Positions 49,580 to 61,004 of a stretch of 64,000 nt of DNA are shown piece by piece. Both the position numbers and the translations under genes were made by a program. The stretch is from Schizochytrium sp. TIO01 (taxonomy: Eukaryota; Protista; Bigyra: Labyrinthulomycetes). Location of the stretch: positions 2,976,001-3,040,000 of the forward strand of contig SMSO01000034.1 in assembly GCA_004764695.1 (NCBI GenBank), given 5' to 3'. The notes under the pieces were generated by a model. The model made no database searches. It saw only the letters and a list, made by a program, of their open reading frames with translations, and was not told the DNA's origin. Numbering within the stretch: position 1 is the first letter of the stretch; every line of letters starts with the position of its first letter.

Positions 49580-51056
49580 GTAAATATATAAATAAATTAA
49601 ATATAAAAGAGTTAAAGTAATTTGGGCCCTACTGTATAATTAGTTGTAACCTCTCAACGATCCCTCCTCAAAGCTTCTTCTCAACTCTCAACTTCCTTTG
49701 CAACAAATTACGATTTTGATAGGCAGCAGAGAGCAGGAGCGCACCCCGTTCAAGAACAACAGGAAAGATAACCTAACCTGGAAGCGCATCAAAAATAGAA
49801 CTAATCGAGGCAGCTGCAGCCCTCAAGAACCTTTTTTCCATTTTTAAAACAAATAAATAAAAATATAAATAAATAATAAATATACTGCTACCCAGAGGCC
49901 TACTATCAGTCCTATACTATGACTGCTCTAGTAACCGCTCCTATAACGAGCAATGTAATAATCTCTGTCAACCGGGGCAGATAGTCCAAAGGAACTGCTC
50001 AACAAGCGAGGTGAGCATACTCCCGATCGCCTTCACAGCACCTCTCTTAGGTCTCTTGATTGGCCTTCCCTTCACATACCTTGAGACGTCAAACCAAAAG
50101 TGAAGTCTGCAAAAGGTTTCCTAAATTATTAAAAAACTTTCTAACGACGTCGAAATCTTTATGAGGGCCTTCTCTGGCGCACTCTGTGCACACGTCTTAT
50201 TATACCCCCCTATTCCATACATGCACCAACTTGAGTTGGGGTTATAGTGGAACTTTTATTCATTAGTACATGTACCAAAGATCGGGACTACTGAAGTACT
50301 AGCGGCTGCCAAGTCATTCGCTCTTCGTTGTCGCGCAGCAGATCGCCAACACGCTCTGGTCCACCTTGAGGTAGGTTTCTTGTGCTTCAACGCACCATGA
50401 CTGGCCGGTTGGGCTGTCTGAAGGTACTGCAGTGACCTGATGACTGCCGTTAAGGTCAAGGCCCCGCCGCAACAGCCTGGACAGGTGATGAACGATGTAG
50501 TGCAATCGTTGAATGGATATCCATCGATTGATTGATGGCGTCATTGACTGTATGCCGAGCGCCGTTTCCGACGTTAAGCTCGTGAAATGAACCTTGCTGT
50601 AAAGAGGTAGCAGGGGTAATCTAAGGTTGTAGTCAATGCGCAGAGTGATCCTGCGGACAGTAGACTTGCCTGAAAGGGCTCCGTCCTCCTACGCTTCGAA
50701 TGCCACGTGGCGAGAAAGATTCTGTCCCAGGCAAACCGCCACACTTATGCGCAATATGGCGGTCATTCAGATAGATGTTTTGAGTGTCATTTAACGCGTG
50801 TAACAGCCGTCAAAAGAAGCTACAGTGCAAGGAAGAGTGGAAGGTGATGTATGATTGATTAGGCTTGGGCGACTGACTTGATATATGATCTGAATGGTTA
50901 ATGATACACCAAAACCTCTTTTTGATTCATGCTTGGATTGGGTGGGGCTTCTGATCTTTTGAAAAAATAATCGCAATGATGATCCTTCCAATGATGGCGT
51001 TGACCCGACTAACCTCATAACGTTCACATGAGCAGTGAACCAACAGCTTCGCCACG

Positions 51057-52457
51057 ATGGATTCCGGTGGCTATCAGGCCCGTACCTTCTTCGACAAGGA
51101 GAAGAACGTGGGAGGCACCCATGGCCTCTACATGATCTTCTTCTTGCTCGAGCATGTCACGACTGTGCTCCCCGCTGTGTGCATCGTGCCTGCCTTGACC
51201 CTGACTTACCTTCTCAGCGGTGGCATCTTCATGTTCCTCGCTCTGCTCGTCTCCATCCCCGTGGTTGCGGTGACTGCTTTTGCCGTGATCATGGTCGGTC
51301 TTTCCCACGCTGAGTTCCCGGACGAGCCGTGCGACTGGACCAAGTACATCGATATTACTGATGCTAAGCTTGCTGCCAAGTACAAGGGCTCCAAGATCCC
51401 CATCGAGACCTTCGTCGAGGCCTACATGACCCAGCGCGCTGAGTTTGTCGCTGAGCCTCTCGATGTCTTCTGGCACCGCAACGAGATCTTCCGCTTCTGC
51501 ATCACCCTTGGCCACTTCAAGTTCTTCCTCACCAAGTTCACTGGACAGCTTGTGCACCACAGCCAGGCTGCTGACACCGCTGAAGTCCGCGACGTGTACG
51601 ACCGCGGTAACGACTTCTACCGCTGGTTCCTTGGCCCTCGCATGATCTACACTAGCGGAGTTTTCGAGTCCCAGGAAGAGTCTCTTGAGGATGCCCAGGA
51701 CCGCAAGATGGACATCGTATGCCGCAAGGCTCACATGAAGCCCGGTGATGAGCATCTTGATATTGGCTGTGGTTGGGGTACTCTCCTTGCATTCGCCGCC
51801 AAGAACTACGGTACCAAGTCCACTGGAGTCACTCTCGCCCGCGAGCAGTGCGTCTGGGGTATGGATCAGGCCAAGGACTGGGGTGTCGAGGACCGCGTGA
51901 ACATGCTTTGCATGGATTACCGTGACATTCCCAAGAAGCAGTACGACGTTATTACTTCTCTCGAGATGATTGAGCACGTCGGCATCAAGAACGTGCAGAG
52001 CTTCCTCCTCCAGATCAAGGATATGCTCAAGGACAGTGGTATCTTCTACCTCCAGCTCGCCGGTCTCCGCCGCGCTTGGCAGTTTGAGGACCTCGTTTGG
52101 GGTATGTTCATGGGTAGCTACATCTTCCCTAGCGCTGACGCCAGTTGCCCTCTTGGATTCATCACTACTCAGGCTGAGCGTGCTGGTTTTGAGGTCCACA
52201 GTGTGGAGAACTGCGGTGCCCACTACGCTCTTACAATTAACCACTGGTACAACAACTGGGTTAGCAACAAGGAAGAGGTTGTCGGCAAGTACGGTGAGTG
52301 GTGGTACCGCTGCTGGGTTATCTTCCTGGCCTGGAGTACCATTGTTGCTTCTCAGGGCAGCTCCACGGTCTTCTTCGTCACCCTGCACAAGAACACCTCC
52401 CGCTTCGAGCGCCGCGACACCTTTGTTGGACCTTACCCGATTGCTGTGCAACAGTAA
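51057..52457 (+). CDS. Sphingolipid C9-methyltransferase-like, membrane-anchored SAM-dependent methyltransferase (cyclopropane fatty acid synthase/CMAS family), 466 aa
   Basis: N-terminal TM region, KIPIETF, YDRGNDFYRWFLGPRMIYTSG, SAM motif LDIGCGWG, LEMIEHVG, YLQLAGLRRAWQFEDLVWG...YIFPSADAS; these blocks match my recollection of fungal C9-MTs better than bacterial Cfa. Confidence 0.85.
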   Translation: MDSGGYQARTFFDKEKNVGGTHGLYMIFFLLEHVTTVLPAVCIVPALTLTYLLSGGIFMFLALLVSIPVVAVTAFAVIMVGLSHAEFPDEPCDWTKYIDITDAKLAAKYKGSKIPIETFVEAYMTQRAEFVAEPLDVFWHRNEIFRFCITLGHFKFFLTKFTGQLVHHSQAADTAEVRDVYDRGNDFYRWFLGPRMIYTSGVFESQEESLEDAQDRKMDIVCRKAHMKPGDEHLDIGCGWGTLLAFAAKNYGTKSTGVTLAREQCVWGMDQAKDWGVEDRVNMLCMDYRDIPKKQYDVITSLEMIEHVGIKNVQSFLLQIKDMLKDSGIFYLQLAGLRRAWQFEDLVWGMFMGSYIFPSADASCPLGFITTQAERAGFEVHSVENCGAHYALTINHWYNNWVSNKEEVVGKYGEWWYRCWVIFLAWSTIVASQGSSTVFFVTLHKNTSRFERRDTFVGPYPIAVQQ

Positions 52458-53271
52458 TCTGTCAGCGCACTTTGTACCTGCGAGTTGTCGGAGTGGTGGT
52501 GTCATGTGGTGGTGGTCCAGATATTTGCCGTTTCAAGCGACTTACTAGGCTTTTAAATTGATTTCCTTCTCTCTCCCTGAATTTGCAAAGGAGGCCTCGC
52601 ATTGAAGCTAAAAGCATGAGCAGCAGTATTTACTCACAATCGCGTGATAAGGCATCTGCTATTTGATTGATTGATTGCTTGTGACAAAGCTGTTCCTGTA
52701 ACACCCCTATACTCAATAAAAGACTGCAAACACATAGTTACCCCAAATAGCCCTTTTTACCCTTTTCCCATTTCCTTGTTGTTTTGCTTGTGAGAAAACA
52801 ATATTGCTTGGGCTTTCCCTGTATCACAAATCTTGCCGAAGATCCTCACATAGAGAATCTGTGGCAATTTACTGAAGTTGCAGTACCACATGAAGAACAC
52901 TATAGTGATAAGCAGTGGAAGAGAGGTTTTCAATAATACGGCCAGTTTCGTATTTCGAGAATTTGCTTCGTCTAGATTTAAATTAGATAATAACGTGTTC
53001 ATGAATGTCCAGAGAGAAACGAAAATTATTCTAGCAATTTTATAAATGGTTCGCTATCCAAGCATCAAAAAAACACTTGGGTGATAAGTTCAATCAGCAA
53101 ATTTTAGCATGCAATTTGTACGCAAGTAGTTTGTAAGGGAGCACTAATTCCATGTGAAGAGTAGTTGCGATGTTCAAGTTTGAGTATATCCAACAAAAGA
53201 AGAAGCATACGAGAAGCCCAAGCTACTTGCTTCTCTCAAGTCTTCTTCTTACCTGTAAACCAGAAGGCTCT

Positions 53272-56200
53272 TTAACGGTAGCCGCCGGCCTGAGGCCCAG
53301 AAGGCTGAAAGTGAGCAATACCACCGTAAACCTTCATTTCACCGCGATCCATCACGGTTACACTCCATTCCAAAACAGGTGAGTGTATGTTGGGATCCAG
53401 CGAGTTGATCCAGATACGCTTAAATTTGGTCACTGAAGGCACAGCATAGGCACGGAATTGCAAGGGCCAGTGCGTCTCGTTGATCAAACGCAGGTCCTTC
53501 TGAAGTTCCTTGATCAGCTCTTCCTTGGAGTCGTTACTGCTTGACGTGCGGACAGTCTCTTCCTCAAGGACCTGGTCAATTGTAGGAAGGGGATGAGACC
53601 GCGGTGAAGTCACGTCATCATCAAGGCTCTCGCTACGGGCAGGCTTGGTCGGTGGGCGCACACTGGAGTCAGACGCGCTATGCACAATAGCCGAAGTGCT
53701 AGTGTTGGCAGGACGTTGCAAAGATCGCGATAGTTCAGAAACGATCTTCTCAACATCACCTGAGCTACGTGTGCGAACGATCTCACCATCATCCATGAAA
53801 GCATTGCGAACGCCTGTGTGCTCCTTAACAGACATGGGTACATTATCCTTGGAGCCACGGCGACGGAAGAACGACTTTCCACCATGCGAAGAACCATTTC
53901 CGCCACCTGCGCTATTGTAAGCCGATGAAGAACGTGCGCCCTCGCCGCTCTTCGAGGGTTCGTACTCTTCCTCAAATTGTCGATGAAGAGATTTGCCCAA
54001 GAGGTACTGGGAGCGCACCATGCTGGCATCCACATTAATCTTCTCAGACCAACGCGAATCAGACGGAGCCTCCGCACGCCAAAGAAGGTTCCACACAGCA
54101 GGCTCGACAGATAAAAGAGAAATGCGCACAGCTCCAAGGAGCCTTGAAAGACTTTCTGTGCGCTCGAGGGAGCGGCACATACGGAACGCAAGCAGGGTGT
54201 GCATGAAATGGCGTACTTCCTCTTGCCAGTGGAAAAATAGTTGCACAAACAAGGACGGCGTATCCTCTTCATTCTCATTGGTTGCGTCCTGGCGAAGTAC
54301 ATCAATACCAAATACGCTTGTCTCACGGACCATTGCTGACACTTGCAAATGGTAGTTCTGATCCCGGTGGTTTATGACAGAAGAATCCTCTTCATGCTTT
54401 GCCAAGAACATCGTCCGAAGGCGGTCCTGGAAGATCAATGGAAAGGAGTGCCAGTGGTTGTAGATAAACTCAAGAGTCTTAAGGACAACCTGGAAGTGTT
54501 CTTGATGCAAAAGTACCCAGAGCATGTGTGCCAAAAGTTTGAATTCAAATGCACTAGGGAGAAGCGGCGGCGTGTCAGCGTACAGGTACGAGAACCAGTT
54601 ACATTTGGAGCGGTCATTGTTCACAGTAATACCACCCGGAAGACGATGTTCAGCTTCAGAGCGCTTGAACTTGCGTCGCACAACGTCAAGGTGAGGATAG
54701 TAGATGCACACAGTGTCAAAATCCCAAGCATATACAAAGGGCTCGGGAGCTGGCTCAGTGGTAACGCCACGAGCAGTCAAAGCAGGGACCTTTGTGGCTT
54801 GCTCGTTGGACAAGTTACCAGCTGCACGCAACTGTGCCATAGGGGCCGGAGGAGGTGCGACGTCTACCTCGTGACGGGCATCTGTGGTCTCACTTCGATG
54901 AATTCGAACTTCTTGTAAGGATTCAAGGACCTTGGTCTTGGACTCCTGATGAGACTCCTCCATTCGAGTGAAAAAGAGAGAGCGAGCTCGACTCATGGCA
55001 AGGTCTGCAGACATAGCTGTGTGCGGTCCACCGCTTCTCAGAATTTTCGCAGCTACGAAGCGACCAGGCCAACCGTGCACCGTCGTAAACCACGCGGACA
55101 AAAGATCAATAGTTGTTGTTACACAATCAAGGTCAAACACATTGGTCTTGGGGATAAGAATGTTTGCGAAGGGCGTGACAAGATTATGGTCAACGAGAAG
55201 CAAAAGACTCAATTTGCGCAACGACTCAGGGTACTCCTTCGGTTCCCGACGACGTAATTCGAGCAAGAAGGCTTTAAGAATTTGCTTGTATCCAGGAATA
55301 TTATGCCAGCGGATGCCGCTCTTAAAGATACGGCCTTCAAAATTCTCGGTTGATTGAGTCGCCAGTACTCCCAATGTGTCCAGAACGTATGTAACCCATT
55401 CCGAAGAATACATAAAGAAGAAGTGGCCATGCTTTTGCACACGACGCAGCCACAATGGAGCTTGGTAAGCCCCATCTTTAGTTGTGCCCATAGGAAGCAC
55501 TGCTTCCTGCTTCTCCAGAGCAGAGCGACCGTAGAGCTTCTCAAGATTCCGATGGAAGGCACGCCAGTTCAGCAAAAGTTCATTATCTGTTTGGCCAATG
55601 CGGACGCGATCAAGCTGGACACGTTCGGCAACCTCGGCAAGATCAGCGCCTTCTAAATTTGCAGCTTGTGCAGCATCTTCGCTAATTGGACCAGAAAATG
55701 AGTCATTACTGTCAAATGACTGGCCATTCGAGCTACCACGCTTTCCAGTTCGTGCGCGAGGTGTAGATGAAAATTCATCTGTCAGCGAGTACCATCCTGC
55801 ATTCCATTCTGGGTGAAGGAATTTACGCCCGTCAGGCCGCAGGACACGGCGAAGGGCCTTCGAGCGCGCCCACTCCTTGATAGATGCCTCGTTGTCCGGA
55901 AGAATAGCTTGGTACAAAAGCTGGCCAAATTTGGGCAAACGAAAGGACATAATGGCGACAACGCGAGCACAGAAGAGACGAAGCTCAGGAAATCCACCCT
56001 TGAGACTCAACTTTTTTAGTGTCCATGCCAACGTACGGTAGCAGACGTCGCGATATTGCAAAAAGAAGCGAGCACCATCGGAGTCTTTGTTTTGCTTCGT
56101 TTCGGTGTCACGCGGGGTCATCATGAACTCACCAAGTTCACCACGTTTCATGATAGCAACCATGACATCAAAGAAGAGAATACGAATTGAAAAAGTGGTG

Positions 56201-58407
56201 GCATCGAGCCATTCCAGCAAAAGCTCCCAAAGACCAACAAGCATATATTGGACACGGAGTAGCTCCTCGTTACTGACATAAAGAAAGGAAATCATGGACT
56301 CCTTTTCAGTGCTACCAAGGACGGTGAGCAGTTCTTTGCATGTCCGGACAAAAGCATTATGCATTGTAACTTGCTCAGAGCGGGAGCGCACATGAGGAAC
56401 TTCATGTGGGTTGGTCTTCAGATTGCGCTTCAGGGCTTCCACCGCATCACGGAGACGACGAGCACTATGAGAGGTGAGTTGGTCTCCTTGGGCTGAAGAA
56501 GGGCCACCAAGCATAATGCGTTGCAAGAAAGTCGGGCGGTCTTCGTTTTCAGCCATGACGATAGGAGAGACAAGTTCAACGCCCTTTTCAGTCAAAACAC
56601 CATGGCCAAGCTGCACAGATCCGGGGAGGGGATCAAAGCAAATGACACAGCGAATTTCACCGACATGCTTGCCAAACAATACCAGGTCACGCAGGATGGA
56701 CACCGATGCAGGGTGCACAAAGTCTTTACGACCAGCCTCACTAATGTCGTCAAAACAATGGCAACGATCCTGGTCTACCTGAGCGAGCTCAAAGAGTTGC
56801 TCGATGGGGACCCAGCATTCACCTACAATCTGGGCGTTTGGCGGACACTGTAGCTGGTTTTGTCTAGGGTCTTTCTTGGTCCGTGCAGAAGTATCGCTAA
56901 GAATTGTGGAGGGTGTGGATGGTGTGGAGGCACCAGAGGTGGGCATGACAGCCTTTTCTGCAGGTGTTTCAGGCTCGTCGACTTTAATTTCATAAACAGA
57001 GAATCCAATTGTACCAGCCAGGAATGAACGGAAACGAGATTCATTGGGCTCGCGCACCTTCGGGAGCTCCTTATGAGGCCAATGCACCTTGTAAGACTCG
57101 CCGACGGCATCCATTTTGGGGACAACGTTTTTCCTCGATTCAAAGACCAGGGGCTGCTCGCCATCCGTGCGATAGAACTTGTATCGTAGGCAGTATTTGC
57201 GGCTCTTATCTTCGACAAAGGCCTTACTTTTGATCTTTTCCAACACGTTGCGCTTTTCCATCTGTAAAAGTGTCTTACTAATGCGCTGTACATCTGAGCG
57301 ATCAGACGCAGCCGACTCTGTACGAGGTCTCTCCGTGTGAATGACTTCGTCAGCAAGCTCAGGCTGATTCTTTTCTTGAGTGGGAGGATCATAGGAAAGT
57401 ACAACGTTTGACATGGCAAGACTCCAATGTGCGTACTGCGTGATACGACAGTTGTAGCTCAAGCGCTTAATATCACCATTGCTTTCTTCGTCCTTGAGCA
57501 CAAAAACATGGTGAACAGGTCCACTCATAACACGTTCCAATTCGATGCGAAACGAGCCTACCTTCCACACATCTTTCTCACGGATATGATGTTTGCGAAC
57601 TGCGTAGACGTTCATGACAAGCATGTTGAGAACATCTGCAGCGCTTGTGTCCTTTGATTCGGCATGATCAAGCCTCTTCACTACGTTGCCGTGCAAGGTG
57701 GACATGGAGTCACTGTAAAGCTGCAGGGCCATATTTTCTTTCCAGTCAAAGTGCAAGACAGTGCTATTCCAGAGGCATCCCTTGGGGGATGAACCCGCCA
57801 AGGTGTCTGGTGTGCGCAAGGTCTCACCTGCCCATGCAAACTCAACGTAGAACTCGAGGCCATGCTGGCGGAAGATGCCACCGCGTGCCTTGATGTGGCT
57901 GATGAAAATCTCGTAACGGGCTCCTTCTTCATGGCGAAAATCTTCGGGGGCAAGCTCCTTAATTTTCTCACGGTCCTGTTCCTCAATGTTTTCGAGCTTG
58001 CTTAAATCTACAGGGAACTCATCGTTTGAGGTCGATGGGTCGCCGTCTAAATCCCCGGTTGAGTTATTGCCAGACTGAGACGAGTTCCCTCCGCGCGGGC
58101 CATTGCTGTTTCTCCCGCCAACCTTTTTAGTGATAACTTCCATGCGCTCAAGCCCCTGTCCACGTTTCCGAGCCATCTCATGATCCATGGGTCCTGCACC
58201 AGCCTCACTTGGTGCCTCTTCATCTGGGTTCGCTTCGTTTTGTTGTTTCTTCTTCTTCACGCTCAGCCTGTTCTTACGGCTTCCATTGGATTGAACATGC
58301 GCTACACTGCCTGCCGTGGCCGTCGACGTCTGTGAGCCTTCTGCATCAGCAGACGGTTTCCTCGTCTGAAGGCTCGCTGCCGCCGGTTTTGACGACGTGC
58401 AGCCCAT
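53272..58407 (-). CDS. 1711-aa putative membrane-anchored scaffold: N-terminal MGC acylation motif, possible C2-like domains, C-terminal DUF1765-like helical domain
   Basis: Uninterrupted 5.1-kb ORF; MGCTSSK start plus basic cluster KKKK; HFQVVLKTLEFIYNHW and LFFHWQEEVRHFMHTLLAFR resemble DUF1765. The ORF is certain; domain calls are by eye. Confidence 0.85.
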   Translation of the reverse strand: MGCTSSKPAAASLQTRKPSADAEGSQTSTATAGSVAHVQSNGSRKNRLSVKKKKQQNEANPDEEAPSEAGAGPMDHEMARKRGQGLERMEVITKKVGGRNSNGPRGGNSSQSGNNSTGDLDGDPSTSNDEFPVDLSKLENIEEQDREKIKELAPEDFRHEEGARYEIFISHIKARGGIFRQHGLEFYVEFAWAGETLRTPDTLAGSSPKGCLWNSTVLHFDWKENMALQLYSDSMSTLHGNVVKRLDHAESKDTSAADVLNMLVMNVYAVRKHHIREKDVWKVGSFRIELERVMSGPVHHVFVLKDEESNGDIKRLSYNCRITQYAHWSLAMSNVVLSYDPPTQEKNQPELADEVIHTERPRTESAASDRSDVQRISKTLLQMEKRNVLEKIKSKAFVEDKSRKYCLRYKFYRTDGEQPLVFESRKNVVPKMDAVGESYKVHWPHKELPKVREPNESRFRSFLAGTIGFSVYEIKVDEPETPAEKAVMPTSGASTPSTPSTILSDTSARTKKDPRQNQLQCPPNAQIVGECWVPIEQLFELAQVDQDRCHCFDDISEAGRKDFVHPASVSILRDLVLFGKHVGEIRCVICFDPLPGSVQLGHGVLTEKGVELVSPIVMAENEDRPTFLQRIMLGGPSSAQGDQLTSHSARRLRDAVEALKRNLKTNPHEVPHVRSRSEQVTMHNAFVRTCKELLTVLGSTEKESMISFLYVSNEELLRVQYMLVGLWELLLEWLDATTFSIRILFFDVMVAIMKRGELGEFMMTPRDTETKQNKDSDGARFFLQYRDVCYRTLAWTLKKLSLKGGFPELRLFCARVVAIMSFRLPKFGQLLYQAILPDNEASIKEWARSKALRRVLRPDGRKFLHPEWNAGWYSLTDEFSSTPRARTGKRGSSNGQSFDSNDSFSGPISEDAAQAANLEGADLAEVAERVQLDRVRIGQTDNELLLNWRAFHRNLEKLYGRSALEKQEAVLPMGTTKDGAYQAPLWLRRVQKHGHFFFMYSSEWVTYVLDTLGVLATQSTENFEGRIFKSGIRWHNIPGYKQILKAFLLELRRREPKEYPESLRKLSLLLLVDHNLVTPFANILIPKTNVFDLDCVTTTIDLLSAWFTTVHGWPGRFVAAKILRSGGPHTAMSADLAMSRARSLFFTRMEESHQESKTKVLESLQEVRIHRSETTDARHEVDVAPPPAPMAQLRAAGNLSNEQATKVPALTARGVTTEPAPEPFVYAWDFDTVCIYYPHLDVVRRKFKRSEAEHRLPGGITVNNDRSKCNWFSYLYADTPPLLPSAFEFKLLAHMLWVLLHQEHFQVVLKTLEFIYNHWHSFPLIFQDRLRTMFLAKHEEDSSVINHRDQNYHLQVSAMVRETSVFGIDVLRQDATNENEEDTPSLFVQLFFHWQEEVRHFMHTLLAFRMCRSLERTESLSRLLGAVRISLLSVEPAVWNLLWRAEAPSDSRWSEKINVDASMVRSQYLLGKSLHRQFEEEYEPSKSGEGARSSSAYNSAGGGNGSSHGGKSFFRRRGSKDNVPMSVKEHTGVRNAFMDDGEIVRTRSSGDVEKIVSELSRSLQRPANTSTSAIVHSASDSSVRPPTKPARSESLDDDVTSPRSHPLPTIDQVLEEETVRTSSSNDSKEELIKELQKDLRLINETHWPLQFRAYAVPSVTKFKRIWINSLDPNIHSPVLEWSVTVMDRGEMKVYGGIAHFQPSGPQAGGYR

Positions 58408-59016
58408 CTTCGCTGCTCGCTCTTGAGATTTTCACGCTGATTCTGTATCTATATCAAATGAAACCAAAGTTGCGTTGAGGATCTAAGATCAGAGGCTCAA
58501 AGTCCACGTTGACCACAGTAATAATAATTAGAAAATGAAGATAACCTTGAAATTGAAAACGGAGACGAAGACGAAAACCAACTCTACCGGCGAGAGAAGT
58601 TTGAGCCTTGCGGCTGTCCTGCAGAGTCTTTATCCGTGCGCCGTGACGCGCCTTTTGTGTATCCCGGCTGGAAGGCGACGGAGTTCGCCGTGCGTTTGTT
58701 TGCCTCCTCGGTCTGCTGTGGAGGCGAAGGTCGCTCTGCTTGGGCGGCCCGCGGCGGATCCCGGCGTCCTGGCGCTGGTCTGTGCACCGGCTGGCTGGGC
58801 GGCCTCGCGGTTGCTCTCTGCGGCTCGCTGCACTGCAAGCTCGCCGCGAGCGCCGTCTCCTGCGTGCCTGGCTCCCTTCGTGCCTGGCTGCGCGGACGGT
58901 CGCGCCTCGCTTGCTTGGAGTTTGCCGTCGTCGATGTCGTTTCTTCGATGTTTTCTGCTTCGAATTCGATTCCTTTCATTTAACTTTTTCTATGTTACCA
59001 GAAACTACTCAGCTTG

Positions 59017-59334
59017 AAAACTAAACTAAACTAAACTAAACTATTATAAACTAAACTAAACTATTATAAACTAAACTATCATAAACTAAACTATCATAAA
59101 CTAAACTATCATAAACTAAGCTATTATAAATAAAATAAACTACCATAAACTAAACTATTTAAAATTAACTATTATAAATAAAATAAACTATCATAAACTA
59201 AACTATTTAAAATTAACTATTATAAATAAAATAAACTATCATAAACTAAACTATTTAAAATTAACTATTATAAATAAAATAAACTATCATAAACCATCAT
59301 AAACTATCATAAACTAATCCATTATAAACTAAAC
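59017..59334. repeat. AT-rich satellite built from TAAAC/TATCA/TATTA pentamers, with a 48-bp higher-order unit
   Basis: 48-bp period starting at 59131, 59179, 59227 and 59275; + strand almost G-free. Confidence 0.95.
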
Positions 59335-59381
59335 ATACGTACATACACATATAACACAACATTCCAACTTACGATTCTCAC

Positions 59382-59452
59382 GATTTATGATTTCTATGAT
59401 TTATGATTTCTATGATTTATGACTTCTGTGATTTATTATGATTTCTATGACT
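59382..59452. repeat. 16-bp GATTTATGATTTCTAT minisatellite, degenerate
   Basis: Two perfect copies plus degenerate copies. Confidence 0.85.
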
Positions 59453-59703
59453 TTCTGTCTCCACTTAAAGCTTCCATTCGTTTTCCTTCCGTCCGGCTGT
59501 CTTCTGCTGCCTGAGCTGGCCTTCCTCTGGCGAGCGAGGCCTTCTCCTGAGCCCGCCGCAGCCTGCTGTCTCTCACCTTGCGCTGCATTTCCCTGGGCTG
59601 AAGCCCATTCCACTGCTCCAGTCAGTATCCATCGTATCGCGGATGGCAGTGAATCAACGATGGATTGATTGAGTCGTACTCAACGAGTCAATCGAAATAT
59701 CAC

Positions 59704-59806
59704 ATTCATTCATTCGTTCATTCATTCATTCATTCATTCATTCATTCATTCATTCATTCATTCATTCATTCATTCATTCATTCATTCATTCATTCATTCA
59801 TTCATT
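59704..59806. repeat. (ATTC)n microsatellite
   Basis: Directly visible, about 25 units. Confidence 0.97.
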
Positions 59807-60899
59807 CTCTTCAATAAAAAATTCTTCTTTCCCTTCTTTCTTTCTTTCAAGTTCAAAGTTTTAAGTTTTAAGTTTTCTTTCTTGAACTAACTCAAACTCA
59901 CTCATACAATCAATATCTACTCATCAGTCAAAACACCGTCAAAACACTTTGAAGAGTCGACCTCCTAGTCCCCGCGTAGGCACTCCTAGCATAAAAGTCT
60001 TCATGCGCCTGTCTCCTTTTCTTTCTTTCTTCTTCAGCTCGCATTATTACTTAAGGGTTCTTCGCTCAGTTCTTCCCTTCGCTCGAACCCTTTGCAGTGG
60101 ACGGATAAATAAATCGCGATGCTCTCAGCTTCTGCCTCGACCAGCGGATAGTGAGTGAGTGGTCGATCAGGACGCCGAGAGACCTCCATTTCCTCAGCTG
60201 CTTCAGGCCGGAGCGCTTCCATTGCACCGACTGAGTTGATCCATGAAATTAATTCACTCTTCGTGCATTTACTCACTCATCTAACAGCGAAAACCTCTTT
60301 AACGCCATAGGAACACTCCTATTGCTGATAGCAGAAATCGCAGAAAAGAAAAGAAAGGAAAAGAAAAGCGCAAAAACTAGAATCTTGGCTCTTTCACTTA
60401 TAAAGACCCTTTTGAGTCAGAAAGAGAACAGGAAGTCAGTCATAACGATCGAAGCGCTTAGGTAACTACTATCGCAGGATACGACTTTTATCTCAATTAA
60501 AAAAGATTTTGAAACAAAATTAAAAAACAACAACAAAACAAAAAACGTTTTTATAGAATAAAATAAACAAAGTTTTATGGACATGAAAAGACTTCGCCAC
60601 GCGCTCGCCGATAGTATATATGATGGCGCATTACAATAAATACCTCGTTGAGCGGACGCAGTCGAAGCGGCTGCTTCAGGATAAACATCATGTGCGAGCT
60701 TATTCAGACAGGAGGTCGCCTGCATTGGTGCCGTATGAGTAGTCACTCGGTTTTGATAGGATAAAGCTTTCTTGAAGGAATCGTAAAACCCTTGGACCTG
60801 AAGTTTCTTCAACCTCATCTACGCCACCATGGATTTTGCTGGAACCTCAAACCAAACCGCAAATCTAAGCCCTCAAGGTCGAATTGGATACCGAGGTAC

Positions 60900-61004
60900 T
60901 CAAGTTCAAGTTCAACATCAAGTTCAAGCTCTCAAGATCGAGATCAAGCTCTCAAGCTCAAGCTCAAGCTCAAGCTCAAGCTCAAGATCAAGATCAAGAT
61001 CAAG
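60900..61004. repeat. (TCAAGN)n hexamer array with TCAAGT, TCAAGC and TCAAGA blocks
   Basis: Directly visible. Confidence 0.92.

Noticed and set aside
51024-52505. 493-aa antisense ORF over the methyltransferase
   Set aside because: In register with the sense frame; a codon-bias shadow with no recognisable motifs
36254-58407. Functional cluster of MOB1, receptor, lipid methyltransferase and scaffold
   Set aside because: Mixed orientations, multi-kb spacing and no shared motifs; adjacency alone is not evidence in a eukaryote
58535-59024. Several overlapping 67-160 aa ORFs upstream of the 1711-aa gene
   Set aside because: Very GC-rich promoter/leader where stops are rare in all frames; the MGC acylation motif supports 58407 as the true start
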